Shown here: positions 52,027-62,882 of the stretch, piece by piece
How the letters are laid out: every line of letters begins with the position of its first letter
How positions within the stretch are numbered: position 1 is the first letter of the stretch
From: Prochlorococcus sp. AG-436-C14
Lineage (GTDB): Bacteria; Cyanobacteriota; Cyanobacteriia; PCC-6307; Cyanobiaceae
NCBI GenBank assembly: GCA_003209755.1
Contig: QCPD01000009.1
Location: 5,623 to 69,622, forward strand
DNA: 64,000 nucleotides
Direction: 5' to 3'
Notes under the pieces: generated by a model
Databases searched by the model: none
Told to the model about the DNA's origin: nothing
The model's input: the letters and a program-made list of their open reading frames with translations, nothing else
Position numbers and translations under genes: made by a program

Positions 52027-52103
52027 TTAATTGTTATGAGTGAATCATCCCTACTTGTCTTACAGTTAATTATTGGTCATAACTAAAGGGAGTTTTTAAA
52101 ATT

Positions 52104-52286
52104 ATGGATTTTTACAGTTGTTTTGATGGACAAGGAGAAATTATTGCTCGTTGCCAGACTGATCAAGATATTAATGTTTTAAAGAAAATGGGTAGACCTA
52201 TTGCTGAGGTACGTCAAATGAAAAATGAGGAGGCAGTTGTATGTTCTTTAACTGGCAGTCCTTCAGATTTTAATATGGATTATTAA
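52104..52286 (+). CDS. Small hypothetical protein (60 aa, three Cys)
   Basis: AAGGGAG Shine-Dalgarno-like element 12 nt upstream of the ATG, and a strong terminator directly downstream. No recognisable motif. Confidence 0.6.
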   Translation: MDFYSCFDGQGEIIARCQTDQDINVLKKMGRPIAEVRQMKNEEAVVCSLTGSPSDFNMDY

Positions 52287-52302
52287 TTGATTCAAAGAAA
52301 AT

Positions 52303-52335
52303 AAAAAAGGGGGCTATTTAATAGCCCCCTTTTTT
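52303..52335. terminator. Bidirectional rho-independent terminator
   Basis: A6, GGGGGCTAT, TTA, ATAGCCCCC, T6. Lies between convergent genes 52104..52286 (+) and 52358..52576 (-). Confidence 0.9.
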
Positions 52336-52357
52336 ATTTTCTTTTATTTTCTGAATA

Positions 52358-52576
52358 TTAATCGTCGTATACCAAGCACTCTGGTTCATCAGGGTTAGCG
52401 TCGCAGAAAAGCTCAAGCGCATTCGGATCATGCTTATCTTCAGGATGATGTTCCTTATATTCCTTTAGAGAATTAAGTTCATCTTCTAAGTGATGGAGCT
52501 TAGATTCATTTCCCTGAGCTTTAGCCTCTTGGATCTCAGATTCATCCTTTTTAATATGCTCGTCAATGGTTTTCAT
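52358..52576 (-). CDS. cp12: CP12-family protein (C-terminal Cys pair only)
   Basis: 72 aa. C-terminal CDANPDEPECLVYDD matches the CP12 CxxxPxxxxC..YDD loop. No N-terminal Cys pair, and the AWD_VEEL core is degenerate (HHLEDEL). Confidence 0.8.
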   Translation of the reverse strand: MKTIDEHIKKDESEIQEAKAQGNESKLHHLEDELNSLKEYKEHHPEDKHDPNALELFCDANPDEPECLVYDD

Positions 52577-52749
52577 GGCTTCTTGTTAAGAGCAGGATTA
52601 TTTGATTTATACAATAATTATGACGGAGGAATAATGCACGTGGTTTGTAAATTTGGTTGGATTTCCTCACCATTCCCTGACTTAAGACCTCCAAAAGGGA
52701 TCTCTTTTAAGTTTCTTACTTGAATAGAATTGATAATTGGTCGCTTTAT

Positions 52750-53412
52750 TTAACTTTCAGATGCTTTAAGCTTCCTTTGGCTTTCTAAAAAATCAAAAAC
52801 GCTCTTATCTCCAATATCTGCTTCTGCTGGCAGGTTGAATTTCCTTATTCCCAGTATTAGCAATAGCAAAGAGGACACTGCTAGCATTGTAAAAGTAAAA
52901 TTTTCATTAGCTAATTCAGTTAAATATCCAATTAAAGCAATTGGAATAAAAATCGTTATCCCGATTGCTTCAATTCTTCTAAAACAAAAAAACTCTTTAA
53001 AACCAATCCCTGTTAAAGAAGCAAAAAGTGGACCAATAAGTAATATCGACTTTGGATTCTCTCTAAGGCCATAGAAGAGATTTGTTACTCCAAAATGATA
53101 TGAAAGTATTAAAAATCCAATACAACCTAGTATCCATAAAATTGTTAGTATTTGATGTAAAGGTCTTAAATATATATGTATCCACTTAAGACTTAAACCC
53201 ATACTTATTGACATAAAAAGTAGCCAAAACCATGTTTGATCAGATCCATTAGTAAACCATTGAGTTATTCCTATTGAAAAGAATAAGCCGCAAAAAAGAA
53301 TTGATAAGCGGTACAATAGAACTTCTTTTTTATCATTAGAAGTTACTATGAAATCTCCATAAATTCCTTTAATTGAATTAGAATCTTGAAAGTAGGAATT
53401 TGCTTGTTTCAT
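52750..53412 (-). CDS. Integral membrane protein (possibly DUF2301 family)
   Basis: 220 aa with about 6 hydrophobic segments. The family assignment is from memory only. Confidence 0.6.
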   Translation of the reverse strand: MKQANSYFQDSNSIKGIYGDFIVTSNDKKEVLLYRLSILFCGLFFSIGITQWFTNGSDQTWFWLLFMSISMGLSLKWIHIYLRPLHQILTILWILGCIGFLILSYHFGVTNLFYGLRENPKSILLIGPLFASLTGIGFKEFFCFRRIEAIGITIFIPIALIGYLTELANENFTFTMLAVSSLLLLILGIRKFNLPAEADIGDKSVFDFLESQRKLKASES

Positions 53413-53421
53413 TTTTGAGAA

Positions 53422-54396
53422 TTACTGATTTACGATTTTTCTTATACTTTCACCTTGTGGAATAATATTACTTGGATTTAATGGAAATAAAGCTCCAAAA
53501 TAATCTTTTCTCCAAGTATCTGCGTTGCATGTTTTTTTTATATTATATAAATTAAAAATAGTTTTTCTCCATTTTATTATATTTGGAAATGATTCAATTG
53601 GCTTCTTGCTGCATTTGAATAGTGGTTCATAAACAGACTCCCATCTTATTAGAGTAGGAAATAGCCTTATATCAGCGATTGTTAAATCTTCTCCACATAG
53701 CCAAGGCCCATTTGAATTAAGACTTTCTTCGATCATAGTTAGAGTTGAAAACAAATCTTTAGATGCCTCATTATAAGCTTTTTGGTTTCTGGCAAATCCA
53801 CATTTATAAACTCCATTGTTAATATTCTCTTGAATTAGATTCTGCCAATTGAATATTTTTTTATGGTGATTTTTTGGATTGAGATCTATATTATTAGTAC
53901 TTATAGGCCACTTATTTAGGATCTCTAATAGGTCAGAGCTTTCATTATTTATTAATTTGAATTTTGATTTAGTATTTTTTCCTGGATCAAATAGCATAGG
54001 TACAGTAGCTCTTTTGATTTGGTAATGATTACATTTTTTGTATAGATCATGAAGTGTTTTACATCCTTTTAAATTGGGTTGAAATATCCATCTGCCGCTC
54101 GAAGTATTTACTTGAGCGATTTTTAGATTAATCGTAGCTTTTAAACCTTTTATTTCATGCATTATCCATACTCTGTGAGCCCAGGGACAACTTTTGCCAA
54201 CAATCAAATATGGCATTTGATCCATATCTCTATCTTCTAGATCATCTTTGGTGGGGATTTGAATTTCCGGTTGGAGGTTCTTAGGTCTCTTGTAGTTGCC
54301 TTTTGAATCTGAAGGTGCAAGCCCATTCATTAAAATATTCCATTCACAATTCCAAATTTCTTTAGCCGCTTTAACAAGTAATGGTGGTGTAGCCAT
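53422..54396 (-). CDS. Xi-class glutathione transferase / glutathionyl-hydroquinone reductase (YqjG/ECM4-like)
   Basis: 324 aa. CPWAHRV active-site motif and GST C-terminal domain features. Confidence 0.8.
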   Translation of the reverse strand: MATPPLLVKAAKEIWNCEWNILMNGLAPSDSKGNYKRPKNLQPEIQIPTKDDLEDRDMDQMPYLIVGKSCPWAHRVWIMHEIKGLKATINLKIAQVNTSSGRWIFQPNLKGCKTLHDLYKKCNHYQIKRATVPMLFDPGKNTKSKFKLINNESSDLLEILNKWPISTNNIDLNPKNHHKKIFNWQNLIQENINNGVYKCGFARNQKAYNEASKDLFSTLTMIEESLNSNGPWLCGEDLTIADIRLFPTLIRWESVYEPLFKCSKKPIESFPNIIKWRKTIFNLYNIKKTCNADTWRKDYFGALFPLNPSNIIPQGESIRKIVNQ

Positions 54397-54439
54397 GAAT
54401 TTCTTTTAAGCTAATAAGTATAAATTAAGTTGTTTATTG

Positions 54440-55357
54440 ATGATGCAGCTACAGGTGCTTCTAGTGGCTGGTACACATGGTAATGAAATAAACGGTATTT
54501 TTCTTTTTGATCAATGGGAAAAATCACCTCTTTTAATTAATACTCACGGGATTAAAACTTGTAAGGTAATTGGAAATCCAGAAGCGCAAAAGGCTGGTAA
54601 AAGATACATTCACCAAGATTTGAATAGGAGTTTCCGAGAAGAATCAATTTTATCTATTAACTCTTCAAATTTTGAGAGAAGCAGAGCAAATGAATTGGTG
54701 AATCTTTACGGAGAGGAAGGAGAAAACCCTTGTCAAATAGCATTAGACTTTCATACAACTACAGCTTCCATGGGAAGTTGTTTGGTTGTTTATGGCAGAA
54801 GAGATGCAGATTTAGCTCTGGCGTCTTTAATACAAAATAAATTAGGTTTACCAATATATCTTCATGAATCTGATCAAAAACAAACGGGTTTTTTAGTTGA
54901 ATCGTGGCCTTGTGGACTTGTTATAGAAATTGGCCCGATAGGTCAGGGCCTCTTGAATTCAAGAATTATTTCACAAACAAAATTGATTCTTGAGACTTTG
55001 ATGGAACAAATTCAACAAGTTCAAAACTTAACTTTCTATACTCCTGAAAAGTTGATAATTCATAGGCATATTAAAAGCATCGATTTTCCAAGAGATGAGC
55101 AAGGCAAGATTGATGGATATGTTCATTTTTTAAGACAATCAAAGGATTGGCAGAAATTGAAGAAAAACGATGAATTGTTTTTTAAATTAAATGGAGAAAT
55201 AATTAGATTTGAAGAAGAAGAATCTTACGTTCCTGTTTTTATAAATGAAGCAGCGTATGTGGAAAAAGATATCGCTATGAGCTTTACAAAAAAAGAATTA
55301 TGGGATTTTAAAAAAGAATGGAAACAATCACTTATTGATCTAGTTCATCAAAAATAA
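54440..55357 (+). CDS. Aspartoacylase / succinylglutamate desuccinylase (AstE-AspA) family zinc hydrolase
   Basis: N-terminal VAGTHGNEINGI zinc-binding motif, DLNRSF, and DFHTT. ATG at 54440 (ORF-track TTG 54437). Confidence 0.75.
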   Translation: MMQLQVLLVAGTHGNEINGIFLFDQWEKSPLLINTHGIKTCKVIGNPEAQKAGKRYIHQDLNRSFREESILSINSSNFERSRANELVNLYGEEGENPCQIALDFHTTTASMGSCLVVYGRRDADLALASLIQNKLGLPIYLHESDQKQTGFLVESWPCGLVIEIGPIGQGLLNSRIISQTKLILETLMEQIQQVQNLTFYTPEKLIIHRHIKSIDFPRDEQGKIDGYVHFLRQSKDWQKLKKNDELFFKLNGEIIRFEEEESYVPVFINEAAYVEKDIAMSFTKKELWDFKKEWKQSLIDLVHQK

Positions 55358-55681
55358 GTTCTCTCGCTCCAATATACAACGGCTCCTTGAGCCTCTAATT
55401 CATATTTTCTGTGACGTGCATCACACAAAGGAACTCTCTCTTCAACCCTATGTCCGTTTATCAGCCACTTAATTAGAACCAAATTTACGACCTCGAAGGC
55501 TAAATCTTAAAATAATCTTAAGACCCCTTGAGTGTGTATTAAGACCAACCTACTGATTCTCTTCATAAATTGTCCTACATATTGTCCACAGAAAGGATCA
55601 TTCTCCTTTATTATCACTGCTGGCAGTCTAATTAGCTGCTCTTATTTACTCGTCCCGTTAGGGACATATACATTCGTCCTC

Positions 55682-56764
55682 ATGACCACCATTCAGCAGC
55701 AGCGTTCTTCGTTGCTCAAAGGTTGGCCACAATTTTGCGAGTGGGTTACTTCTACCAACAACCGTATCTATGTCGGTTGGTTCGGTGTATTGATGATCCC
55801 TTGCCTTCTTGCGGCAACAACTTGTTTCATCGTTGCATTTATCGCTGCTCCTCCAGTTGATATCGACGGTATCCGTGAGCCAGTAGCTGGTTCATTCATG
55901 TATGGAAACAACATCATTTCTGGTGCTGTTGTTCCTTCAAGTAACGCTATCGGCCTTCACTTCTACCCAATCTGGGAAGCAGCAACTCTTGATGAGTGGC
56001 TATATAACGGTGGCCCTTACCAGCTTGTAATCTTCCACTTCCTTATCGGTATCTGTGCATACATGGGACGTCAGTGGGAGCTTTCATACCGTTTAGGTAT
56101 GCGCCCATGGATCTGTGTTGCTTACTCAGCTCCTGTATCAGCAGCTTTCGCTGTATTCCTTGTTTACCCATTCGGTCAGGGTTCATTCTCTGATGGTATG
56201 CCTCTAGGAATCTCTGGAACATTCAACTTTATGTTCGTTTTCCAGGCTGAACACAACATCTTGATGCACCCATTCCATATGGCTGGTGTTGCAGGTATGT
56301 TCGGTGGCGCTTTGTTTTCTGCAATGCACGGTTCTTTGGTTACTTCATCACTTATTCGTGAGACCACAGGACTTGATTCACAGAACTACGGTTACAAGTT
56401 TGGACAAGAAGAAGAGACATACAACATCGTTGCAGCTCATGGCTACTTCGGTCGTTTGATCTTCCAATATGCAAGCTTCAACAACAGCCGTAGCCTTCAC
56501 TTCTTCTTGGCTTCATGGCCAGTGATTTGTGTTTGGTTGACATCTATGGGCATTTGCACCATGGCGTTCAACTTGAACGGTTTCAACTTCAACCAGTCTG
56601 TAGTTGATACTTCAGGCAAGGTTGTACCAACCTGGGGTGACGTACTTAACCGTGCAAACCTTGGCATGGAAGTAATGCACGAGCGTAATGCTCACAACTT
56701 CCCACTTGACCTGGCAGCTGCTGAGTCTACATCTGTAGCTCTTGTTGCACCTGCAATCGGTTAA
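55682..56764 (+). CDS. psbA: Photosystem II reaction-centre protein D1
   Basis: 360 aa starting [15 protein letters not shown]. Full D1 similarity including the C-terminal processing extension. The 50 upstream in-frame codons of the ORF-track model are not D1. Confidence 0.98.
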   Translation: MTTIQQQRSSLLKGWPQFCEWVTSTNNRIYVGWFGVLMIPCLLAATTCFIVAFIAAPPVDIDGIREPVAGSFMYGNNIISGAVVPSSNAIGLHFYPIWEAATLDEWLYNGGPYQLVIFHFLIGICAYMGRQWELSYRLGMRPWICVAYSAPVSAAFAVFLVYPFGQGSFSDGMPLGISGTFNFMFVFQAEHNILMHPFHMAGVAGMFGGALFSAMHGSLVTSSLIRETTGLDSQNYGYKFGQEEETYNIVAAHGYFGRLIFQYASFNNSRSLHFFLASWPVICVWLTSMGICTMAFNLNGFNFNQSVVDTSGKVVPTWGDVLNRANLGMEVMHERNAHNFPLDLAAAESTSVALVAPAIG

Positions 56765-56784
56765 GTCTTTAGCTTGATTTTTCT

Positions 56785-56814
56785 AAAGCCCTCTTTTAGA
56801 GGGCTTTTTTTTTT
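56785..56814 (+). terminator. Rho-independent terminator after psbA
   Basis: AAAGCCCTC TTTT(A) GAGGGCTTT followed by a T-run to 56814. Confidence 0.9.
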
Positions 56815-56893
56815 CATTTTTTAGTCCAATGCATTGATTGATTGGTTTATTTTTTTGCAAGTATTGATTAACATTTTGTAGATAGGTTTATTT

Positions 56894-57985
56894 ATGGGAA
56901 GTAGTTTCGGAAAACTTTTTAGTATCAGCACCTTTGGCGAATCTCACGGTGGCGGTGTTGGTGTAGTGATCGATGGATGTCCACCCAGGTTGGAGCTTGA
57001 TATCAATGAAATACAAAATGATCTAAATCGAAGGAGGCCAGGACAAAGCAAAATCACTACGCCAAGAAACGAAAGTGATGAAGTTGAAATTCTTAGTGGT
57101 CTTTTAGGGAATAAAACCCTAGGAACACCAATTGCAATGGTCGTAAGAAATAAAGATCATCGGCCAAAGGATTATTCTGAAATCAAGAAAACTTTCCGTC
57201 CATCTCACGCTGATGCTACTTATCAGAAAAAATATGGAATTCAGGCTTCAAGTGGCGGAGGGCGAGCATCAGCAAGAGAGACGATAGGTAGAGTCGCCGC
57301 CGGTTCTGTTGCAAAGCAACTTCTCGCTAAGTCTTCTAAGACGGAAATACTCGCATGGGTAAAGAGAATTCATGATATTGAGGCTGAGATTCATTTGAGT
57401 GAAGTTACTTTTGATGAGATTGAGAAAAATATTGTTCGATGTCCAAATCAATCAGCTGCAGATTTAATGATTAAGAGGGTGGAGGCTTTTGGACAAGAAG
57501 GAGACTCCTGTGGCGGAGTAATAGAATGTGTTGTTCGAAATCCCCCAGTAGGCCTTGGTATGCCGGTTTTTGATAAATTAGAGGCTGATTTGGCAAAAGC
57601 ATTAATGTCTTTGCCTGCTACAAAAGGTTTTGAGGTGGGATCTGGTTTTGGAGGTACTTATTTGAAAGGCAGCGAACATAATGATCCTTTTTTGCCATCC
57701 GAATCTGATCAATTGAAAACTGCTACTAACAATTCAGGAGGTATTCAAGGAGGTATCAGTAATGGTCAGGATATAGTTCTTAGAGTTGGTTTTAAACCAA
57801 CAGCGACTATTAGGAAAAGTCAAAAGACAATTGATGAGGATGGCAATCCCATAACTCTTAAGGCAACAGGAAGACATGATCCTTGCGTTTTGCCAAGAGC
57901 AGTTCCAATGGTTGAAGCAATGGTTGCGCTAGTTTTAGCGGATCATTTACTTAGGCAAAAAGGCCAATGTACTAACTATTGCTAA
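56894..57985 (+). CDS. aroC: Chorismate synthase
   Basis: 363 aa. [20 protein letters not shown], and RHDPCV motifs. Confidence 0.96.
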   Translation: MGSSFGKLFSISTFGESHGGGVGVVIDGCPPRLELDINEIQNDLNRRRPGQSKITTPRNESDEVEILSGLLGNKTLGTPIAMVVRNKDHRPKDYSEIKKTFRPSHADATYQKKYGIQASSGGGRASARETIGRVAAGSVAKQLLAKSSKTEILAWVKRIHDIEAEIHLSEVTFDEIEKNIVRCPNQSAADLMIKRVEAFGQEGDSCGGVIECVVRNPPVGLGMPVFDKLEADLAKALMSLPATKGFEVGSGFGGTYLKGSEHNDPFLPSESDQLKTATNNSGGIQGGISNGQDIVLRVGFKPTATIRKSQKTIDEDGNPITLKATGRHDPCVLPRAVPMVEAMVALVLADHLLRQKGQCTNYC

Positions 57986-58017
57986 AATAAATAATTATTG
58001 GTTTTTAGAATCGATTC

Positions 58018-58653
58018 TCAATAATCTTTTAGCCATATCTCTAGATCTTTATCAGGTAATTGATTTCGTAATTCTCTTCCGATGACCAATGCGTCGTATC
58101 CGTTTTTTAGTAATCTTTTTAAATTTTTACTTTTAATTCCTCCTGCACCAATAAAAAAAATATCCTTTTTTTTAAAGTCTTGCAATTCTTTTATAAAGTT
58201 AATTCCTAACTTTGATGCAGGAAAGATTTTTACAATTTTATATCCTAAATTGATTGCTTCTTTGAAATTTTCAATATTAGATATTCCTGGAATTACTAAT
58301 TGATTATATTTTATGGCTTTCAGATGAATTTCTTTGTTAAAGAATGGACTCATGGAATAATTTAGATCTAATGAGAGAATTGATTCAAAAGATTGTATTG
58401 ATGAAATGGATGCCACACCAATATTAATTGATCTAAACTTATTTTTTATTTCTAATATCAAATGGACCCATTCTGGATTAGCATCCCATCCTATTTCAAT
58501 ATTTTTTATACCATGATTAGAGAGTTTTTCGATTTTTAAAAGTAAATTTTTTCTTCTATGAGAGATATTGAAAAATTGATGTTCGAGTCTAATTACAACT
58601 ATAAGAGGCTGTATGCTAAGAGATTTTATTAAATTATTTTGCTTAACTTCCAA
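58018..58653 (-). CDS. eda: KDPG/KHG aldolase-like protein (divergent Eda)
   Basis: 211 aa, TTG start, TIM-barrel aldolase pattern (PLIVVIR, VIPGISN, VKIFPA Schiff-base lysine context, GAGGI). Several consensus motifs are divergent. Confidence 0.6.
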   Translation of the reverse strand: MEVKQNNLIKSLSIQPLIVVIRLEHQFFNISHRRKNLLLKIEKLSNHGIKNIEIGWDANPEWVHLILEIKNKFRSINIGVASISSIQSFESILSLDLNYSMSPFFNKEIHLKAIKYNQLVIPGISNIENFKEAINLGYKIVKIFPASKLGINFIKELQDFKKKDIFFIGAGGIKSKNLKRLLKNGYDALVIGRELRNQLPDKDLEIWLKDY

Positions 58654-58669
58654 AAATTATATTTTTAGA

Positions 58670-60517
58670 TCAAGCGTATTCAGCAACTTTAACTTCGTGG
58701 CGAATTAATAAATCCTGGAATTCTAGAGAATCAACGGTCTCGTTTTCCATAAGCATTGCTGTTAAGTCTTCAAGTACTTGACGATTGTCATTTAAAGCCT
58801 TTTTAGCTCTTTGATATGCAATTTCAACAAGAATGGAGACTTCTGAATCAATAGTTGCTGCTGTATCTTCAGAAAAATCTCTTTCTGCTGAGATGTCTCT
58901 ACCAAGAAACATTCCACCTTGTGATCGTCCTAGAGCCACAGGCCCTAACTTGTCACTCATCCCAAATTTAGTAATCATTTGCCTAGCAACTGAAGCTACT
59001 TGCTTTAGATCATTTGATGCTCCAGTAGTTACTTCATCTTCTCCGTAAATTATTTCCTCTGCAACTCTGCCTCCAAGAGCAACAGCCATTTGGTTTTGTA
59101 GGTAAGACCTTGAATATAGACCAGATTCCATTCTTTCTTCACTGGGTGTGAAAAAAGTCAGCCCCCCAGCCTGTCCTCTTGGAATGATTGAAATCTTTTG
59201 TACAGGGTCATAATCCGGCATTACAGCACCAACTACTGCATGGCCAGCTTCATGATAAGCAACCAGTCTTTTACGCTTTTCACTAATAACTGTGTCTTTC
59301 TTTTCAGGACCAACCATAATTCTTTCAATTGCAGCTCCAATTTCATCATTACTGACTTCTGTTAATTCTCTTCTAGCAGCTAATATCGCAGCTTCGTTCA
59401 AAAGATTTGCTAAATCTGCTCCCGTAAAGCCAGGAGTTCTTCTGGCTATTTGATCAAGGTCAACTCCCTTTGAAAGAGTTTTACTTCTTGCATGAACTTT
59501 GAGTATTTGCAATCTGCCTGAGTAATCAGGTCTATCTACTGTTACTTGCCTGTCAAATCTTCCTGGTCGCATTAGCGCTGAGTCAAGGACGTCAGGTCTG
59601 TTAGTTGCAGCAACAATAATTATTCCAGAATTTCCTTCAAATCCATCCATTTCTGTTAGTAGTTGGTTGAGCGTTTGTTCTCTTTCATCATTGCCCCCTC
59701 CAAGACCTGCTCCACGCTGACGACCTACAGCATCTATTTCATCTATAAAAACTATGCAGGGAGCATTCTTTTTAGCTTGTTCAAAAAGATCTCTAACTCG
59801 GCTAGCACCAACTCCAACAAACATTTCTACAAACTCAGAACCAGATATAGAAAAGAAGGGAACTGAGGCTTCACCCGCTACGGCTTTTGCAAGCAGAGTT
59901 TTACCTGTACCAGGAGGACCAACTAATAGAACACCTTTAGGAATTTTCGCACCGACAGCTGTAAAGCGATCAGGGTTTTTTAGGAAATCAACTACTTCAG
60001 TAAGTTCAAGCTTTGCACCTTCAATACCAGCAACGTCTCCAAAAGTAATCTTCGTTTCAGGCTCCATTTGAAGTCTTGCTTTACTCTTTCCAAAACTCAT
60101 TGCTGGATTTCCACCACCACCAGAGCCAGCTCTTCTGAATAGAAAAAATAGACCTCCTAATAAAAGGATTGGGAAAATTAGGCTACTAGCGGCTTGCTGA
60201 AGAGGATTCGCTTGAGTAGTTGGCTGTACAGCAATATCGACATCATTATCTGTTAATAGTTGAAGTAATTCTTGATCAGGAGCCAAATTAACTAGAGCTC
60301 TGTTGCCATCACTTTCAACAATTTGAGCAGTACCTTTGTCTGGAGATATAAGTACTCTGCTGACCTGTCTCTCTTGAACAGCCTCTATGAAGTCGCTATA
60401 TCTAAGAGTCCTTGATGCTTTCGTTGGACTTGGCTTATCGAAAAAAGCACTTCCAACAAAAATCACAACCAAAACAATTAGGACATAAAGACCAATGTTT
60501 CTCCAGCGTTTGTTCAT
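58670..60517 (-). CDS. ftsH: ATP-dependent zinc metalloprotease FtsH
   Basis: 615 aa. N-terminal TM, Walker [21 protein letters not shown], and HEAGHA zinc site. Confidence 0.96.
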   Translation of the reverse strand: MNKRWRNIGLYVLIVLVVIFVGSAFFDKPSPTKASRTLRYSDFIEAVQERQVSRVLISPDKGTAQIVESDGNRALVNLAPDQELLQLLTDNDVDIAVQPTTQANPLQQAASSLIFPILLLGGLFFLFRRAGSGGGGNPAMSFGKSKARLQMEPETKITFGDVAGIEGAKLELTEVVDFLKNPDRFTAVGAKIPKGVLLVGPPGTGKTLLAKAVAGEASVPFFSISGSEFVEMFVGVGASRVRDLFEQAKKNAPCIVFIDEIDAVGRQRGAGLGGGNDEREQTLNQLLTEMDGFEGNSGIIIVAATNRPDVLDSALMRPGRFDRQVTVDRPDYSGRLQILKVHARSKTLSKGVDLDQIARRTPGFTGADLANLLNEAAILAARRELTEVSNDEIGAAIERIMVGPEKKDTVISEKRKRLVAYHEAGHAVVGAVMPDYDPVQKISIIPRGQAGGLTFFTPSEERMESGLYSRSYLQNQMAVALGGRVAEEIIYGEDEVTTGASNDLKQVASVARQMITKFGMSDKLGPVALGRSQGGMFLGRDISAERDFSEDTAATIDSEVSILVEIAYQRAKKALNDNRQVLEDLTAMLMENETVDSLEFQDLLIRHEVKVAEYA

Positions 60518-60559
60518 GTTCTTCTATATCTTTTAAGAGTTTAATAGGATTAGGTCCAA

Positions 60560-61732
60560 CTATGCGGCTCTTAGTACATCAACGACGCTTTTAAATGCAA
60601 ACCATTCAGGAATTTCTTCTCCACTTCTAAGCATTTTCCTGAATTGGGTTCCGCTCAATTTTTTAATGTGTAATCCTTTTTCTTTAGCATAATCAGCTGT
60701 TACGTAGCCCTCTTCTTCTGTAAATACAAGATTTAAAGATGGAACTGTTTGCATGTCTAATTCTTCGCAGCACTTGTTTGCAAAATTTTGAGCATCATAT
60801 GGACCATAAAAATCATCTCCGCTGAGATATGACTTACAGCCAGCCATATCTCTTCCGATAATGAAATGAGTGCACCCATAATTCCTTCTTATAATCATAT
60901 GCTGCAGAGCCTCTCTTGGCCCTGCCATATGCATCGAATAAGGAAGATATGACCACCTGATTTTTGGATTATTTACTTCAGAGGCAAGTTTTTCATAGGT
61001 TTGAAATCTTACTGACCCAGGGATGTCATCCTCCTGAGTTGGTCCACAAGTTGGGTGAACAAGAACAACACCATTTTGACTTACATTCTTGGCTTCTAAG
61101 GCTCTTGTGAAAAGCTCATAATGAGCTCTATGAATGGGATTCCTGCATTGGAATGCAACAACATCTTCTCCCGAAGGAAGGCTCTCTCTTACTTGAGCAG
61201 GGGTTTGGCAAGTGAAAACTCTTTTAGGTAATTCTAGACCTTTTATTGAGCCCCCTAAATAATATTTTTTCCTCTCCATAGAGATCATTCTTACTGCAGG
61301 ATGCTCCAAAGAAGTTGTTCCATAGCAGAATTTGGCCTCAATAACCTTGTCAGGCGTCCATTTTTCTTGTACCTCTAGAATTGCTAGTCCTTGATCTTTG
61401 TAATTCAGTAAAACTGAATCTCCTGGATTTATATCTTCTCTATCTGTATCCATAACAATTGGCAAACCAAAAAGCAAACCTGATTCGAGTCGATTCTCTT
61501 TAACAACTGAGTTATAATTTTTCTCAGTCATGAACCCATTCAAGGGAGAAAAAGCACCGATCAAAAGCAGTTCAATATCACAAGCATTTCTATCTGAACA
61601 ATTTAAAAATTTAAAAGTATGTTTTTTTAACTCTTTTACTTCTTGATCAGATTTCATAAGGTTTATAAGTTCTCCACCATATGGTTTGATCAAACCTTCG
61701 AGATTTTTATTAGAACTTTTCTTGCTAGTCAT
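60560..61732 (-). CDS. sat: Sulfate adenylyltransferase (ATP sulfurylase)
   Basis: QCRNPIHRAHYEL, GPREALQHMIIRRNYGCTHFIIGRDMAG. ATG at 61732 (ORF-track TTG 61753). Confidence 0.93.
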   Translation of the reverse strand: MTSKKSSNKNLEGLIKPYGGELINLMKSDQEVKELKKHTFKFLNCSDRNACDIELLLIGAFSPLNGFMTEKNYNSVVKENRLESGLLFGLPIVMDTDREDINPGDSVLLNYKDQGLAILEVQEKWTPDKVIEAKFCYGTTSLEHPAVRMISMERKKYYLGGSIKGLELPKRVFTCQTPAQVRESLPSGEDVVAFQCRNPIHRAHYELFTRALEAKNVSQNGVVLVHPTCGPTQEDDIPGSVRFQTYEKLASEVNNPKIRWSYLPYSMHMAGPREALQHMIIRRNYGCTHFIIGRDMAGCKSYLSGDDFYGPYDAQNFANKCCEELDMQTVPSLNLVFTEEEGYVTADYAKEKGLHIKKLSGTQFRKMLRSGEEIPEWFAFKSVVDVLRAA

Positions 61733-61806
61733 TTTCCCTTGAAGTAACCGCAAAATTCTCCCAGATAATGGCCCATATTTGAGAAATTGTTTTCATTAAA
61801 TTTAGC

Positions 61807-61839
61807 AAAAAAAAAAAGAGGGTTTAAACCCCCTTTTTT
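61807..61839 (-). terminator. Rho-independent terminator after psbO
   Basis: Minus strand reads AGGGGGT TTAA ACCCTCT (one G-U pair) followed by T11. Confidence 0.7.
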
Positions 61840-61861
61840 AATTAATTAAGATGATTATTTT

Positions 61862-62665
61862 TTAGGCTTTGCGACCATAGAAGATACCCTTGATTTTGAT
61901 ATCAACAGGATCTTTTGATCCAAGGTCATTGTCTGAAGGTTGGATAGCAACAAATTGGCCACCAAATTCCTCAGTGTCTGCATCCACACTATCGACAGTA
62001 AGTGTTATTTCACCTTTACCGCCTAGATCATCTTTAACATTTTCTCTTGCAAGATCCTCATCATCGCCACCACGAGCAATGAGAGCTTGAGCATATTCAA
62101 CACCAGTTGATTTAGCGCGACTTTTTGGATCAAGAAAGTCTGCAGATCTATAACTTGGAGTTGTTGTTGGACCTGAAAATTCAGCTCCTGGTTCAATTGA
62201 TTTTCCTTTTTTGGATTCAGCCACCATCTCTTTTACAGAGAAAGCAAAAGGAAATTCCTCTCCGTTTGGAGCTAGAACTGTAATTAGAGAGAAGTCAATA
62301 CCACCTTTTTCAGTGAATTTCCCTCCAGAAAGATCTCCATAAACTTCATCAAGACTTGTATTGAAGCGAGGACTGATGATTTTTGCTATTGCAAAATCAG
62401 ATTTATTTCGCTTGTTAGCTGGAAGTTTTACTGAAACTTCTGTTGGCTGAAGGCATAAGCTTTTAAATTGGCCATCAGCATTAATAGAACCCGATGAACC
62501 CGCTGGTAAAACAGTGCAAGCATCAGCTTGGCCAGTATTAACAACATTGCCAAAACGAGCATTACCTTGCTCGCGCCCTTTTAAAGCTGCAGATGCGCTT
62601 GATGGGAGAGTTGTAAAGGTGAGACAAAAAGCCAGCATCAAAGCCAGCAGAGGACGAAATCGCAT
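61862..62665 (-). CDS. psbO: Photosystem II manganese-stabilising protein PsbO
   Basis: 267 aa. Signal peptide, conserved Cys pair (DACTV ... SLCLQP), and PsbO beta-barrel motifs (FAFSVKEMVA, GEITL). Confidence 0.93.
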   Translation of the reverse strand: MRFRPLLALMLAFCLTFTTLPSSASAALKGREQGNARFGNVVNTGQADACTVLPAGSSGSINADGQFKSLCLQPTEVSVKLPANKRNKSDFAIAKIISPRFNTSLDEVYGDLSGGKFTEKGGIDFSLITVLAPNGEEFPFAFSVKEMVAESKKGKSIEPGAEFSGPTTTPSYRSADFLDPKSRAKSTGVEYAQALIARGGDDEDLARENVKDDLGGKGEITLTVDSVDADTEEFGGQFVAIQPSDNDLGSKDPVDIKIKGIFYGRKA

Positions 62666-62882
62666 GAGAGGGCTAGATGACTGCGGTCGAAACCGCCCAA
62701 TTAATTCAGTTGGGATATTACAGGTGTCAAATACTTCTTATCACAAGCATTTGATAGCTCTATACAACCCGTAGCTTTTGCTTTATTGATTTTACTACTC
62801 CGATTTCGTTCAAAACCCTTGTAGGGCAGTCTTTTTTGGTATTTGGGCTCTAATTTTTGAAAAAAAACAAATTCGAAAATTA

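Noticed and set aside
52577-52749. Possible Yfr1-like sRNA (a TCCTCAC word) between cp12 and the membrane protein gene
   Set aside because: There is only a partial resemblance to the ACUCCUCACAC core, with no flanking stem-loops or terminator.
55532-55681. 50-codon N-terminal extension of psbA in the ORF track (GTG start)
   Set aside because: D1 proteins start at MTTIQQQ… and the extension has no D1 similarity. It is simply an open upstream frame.
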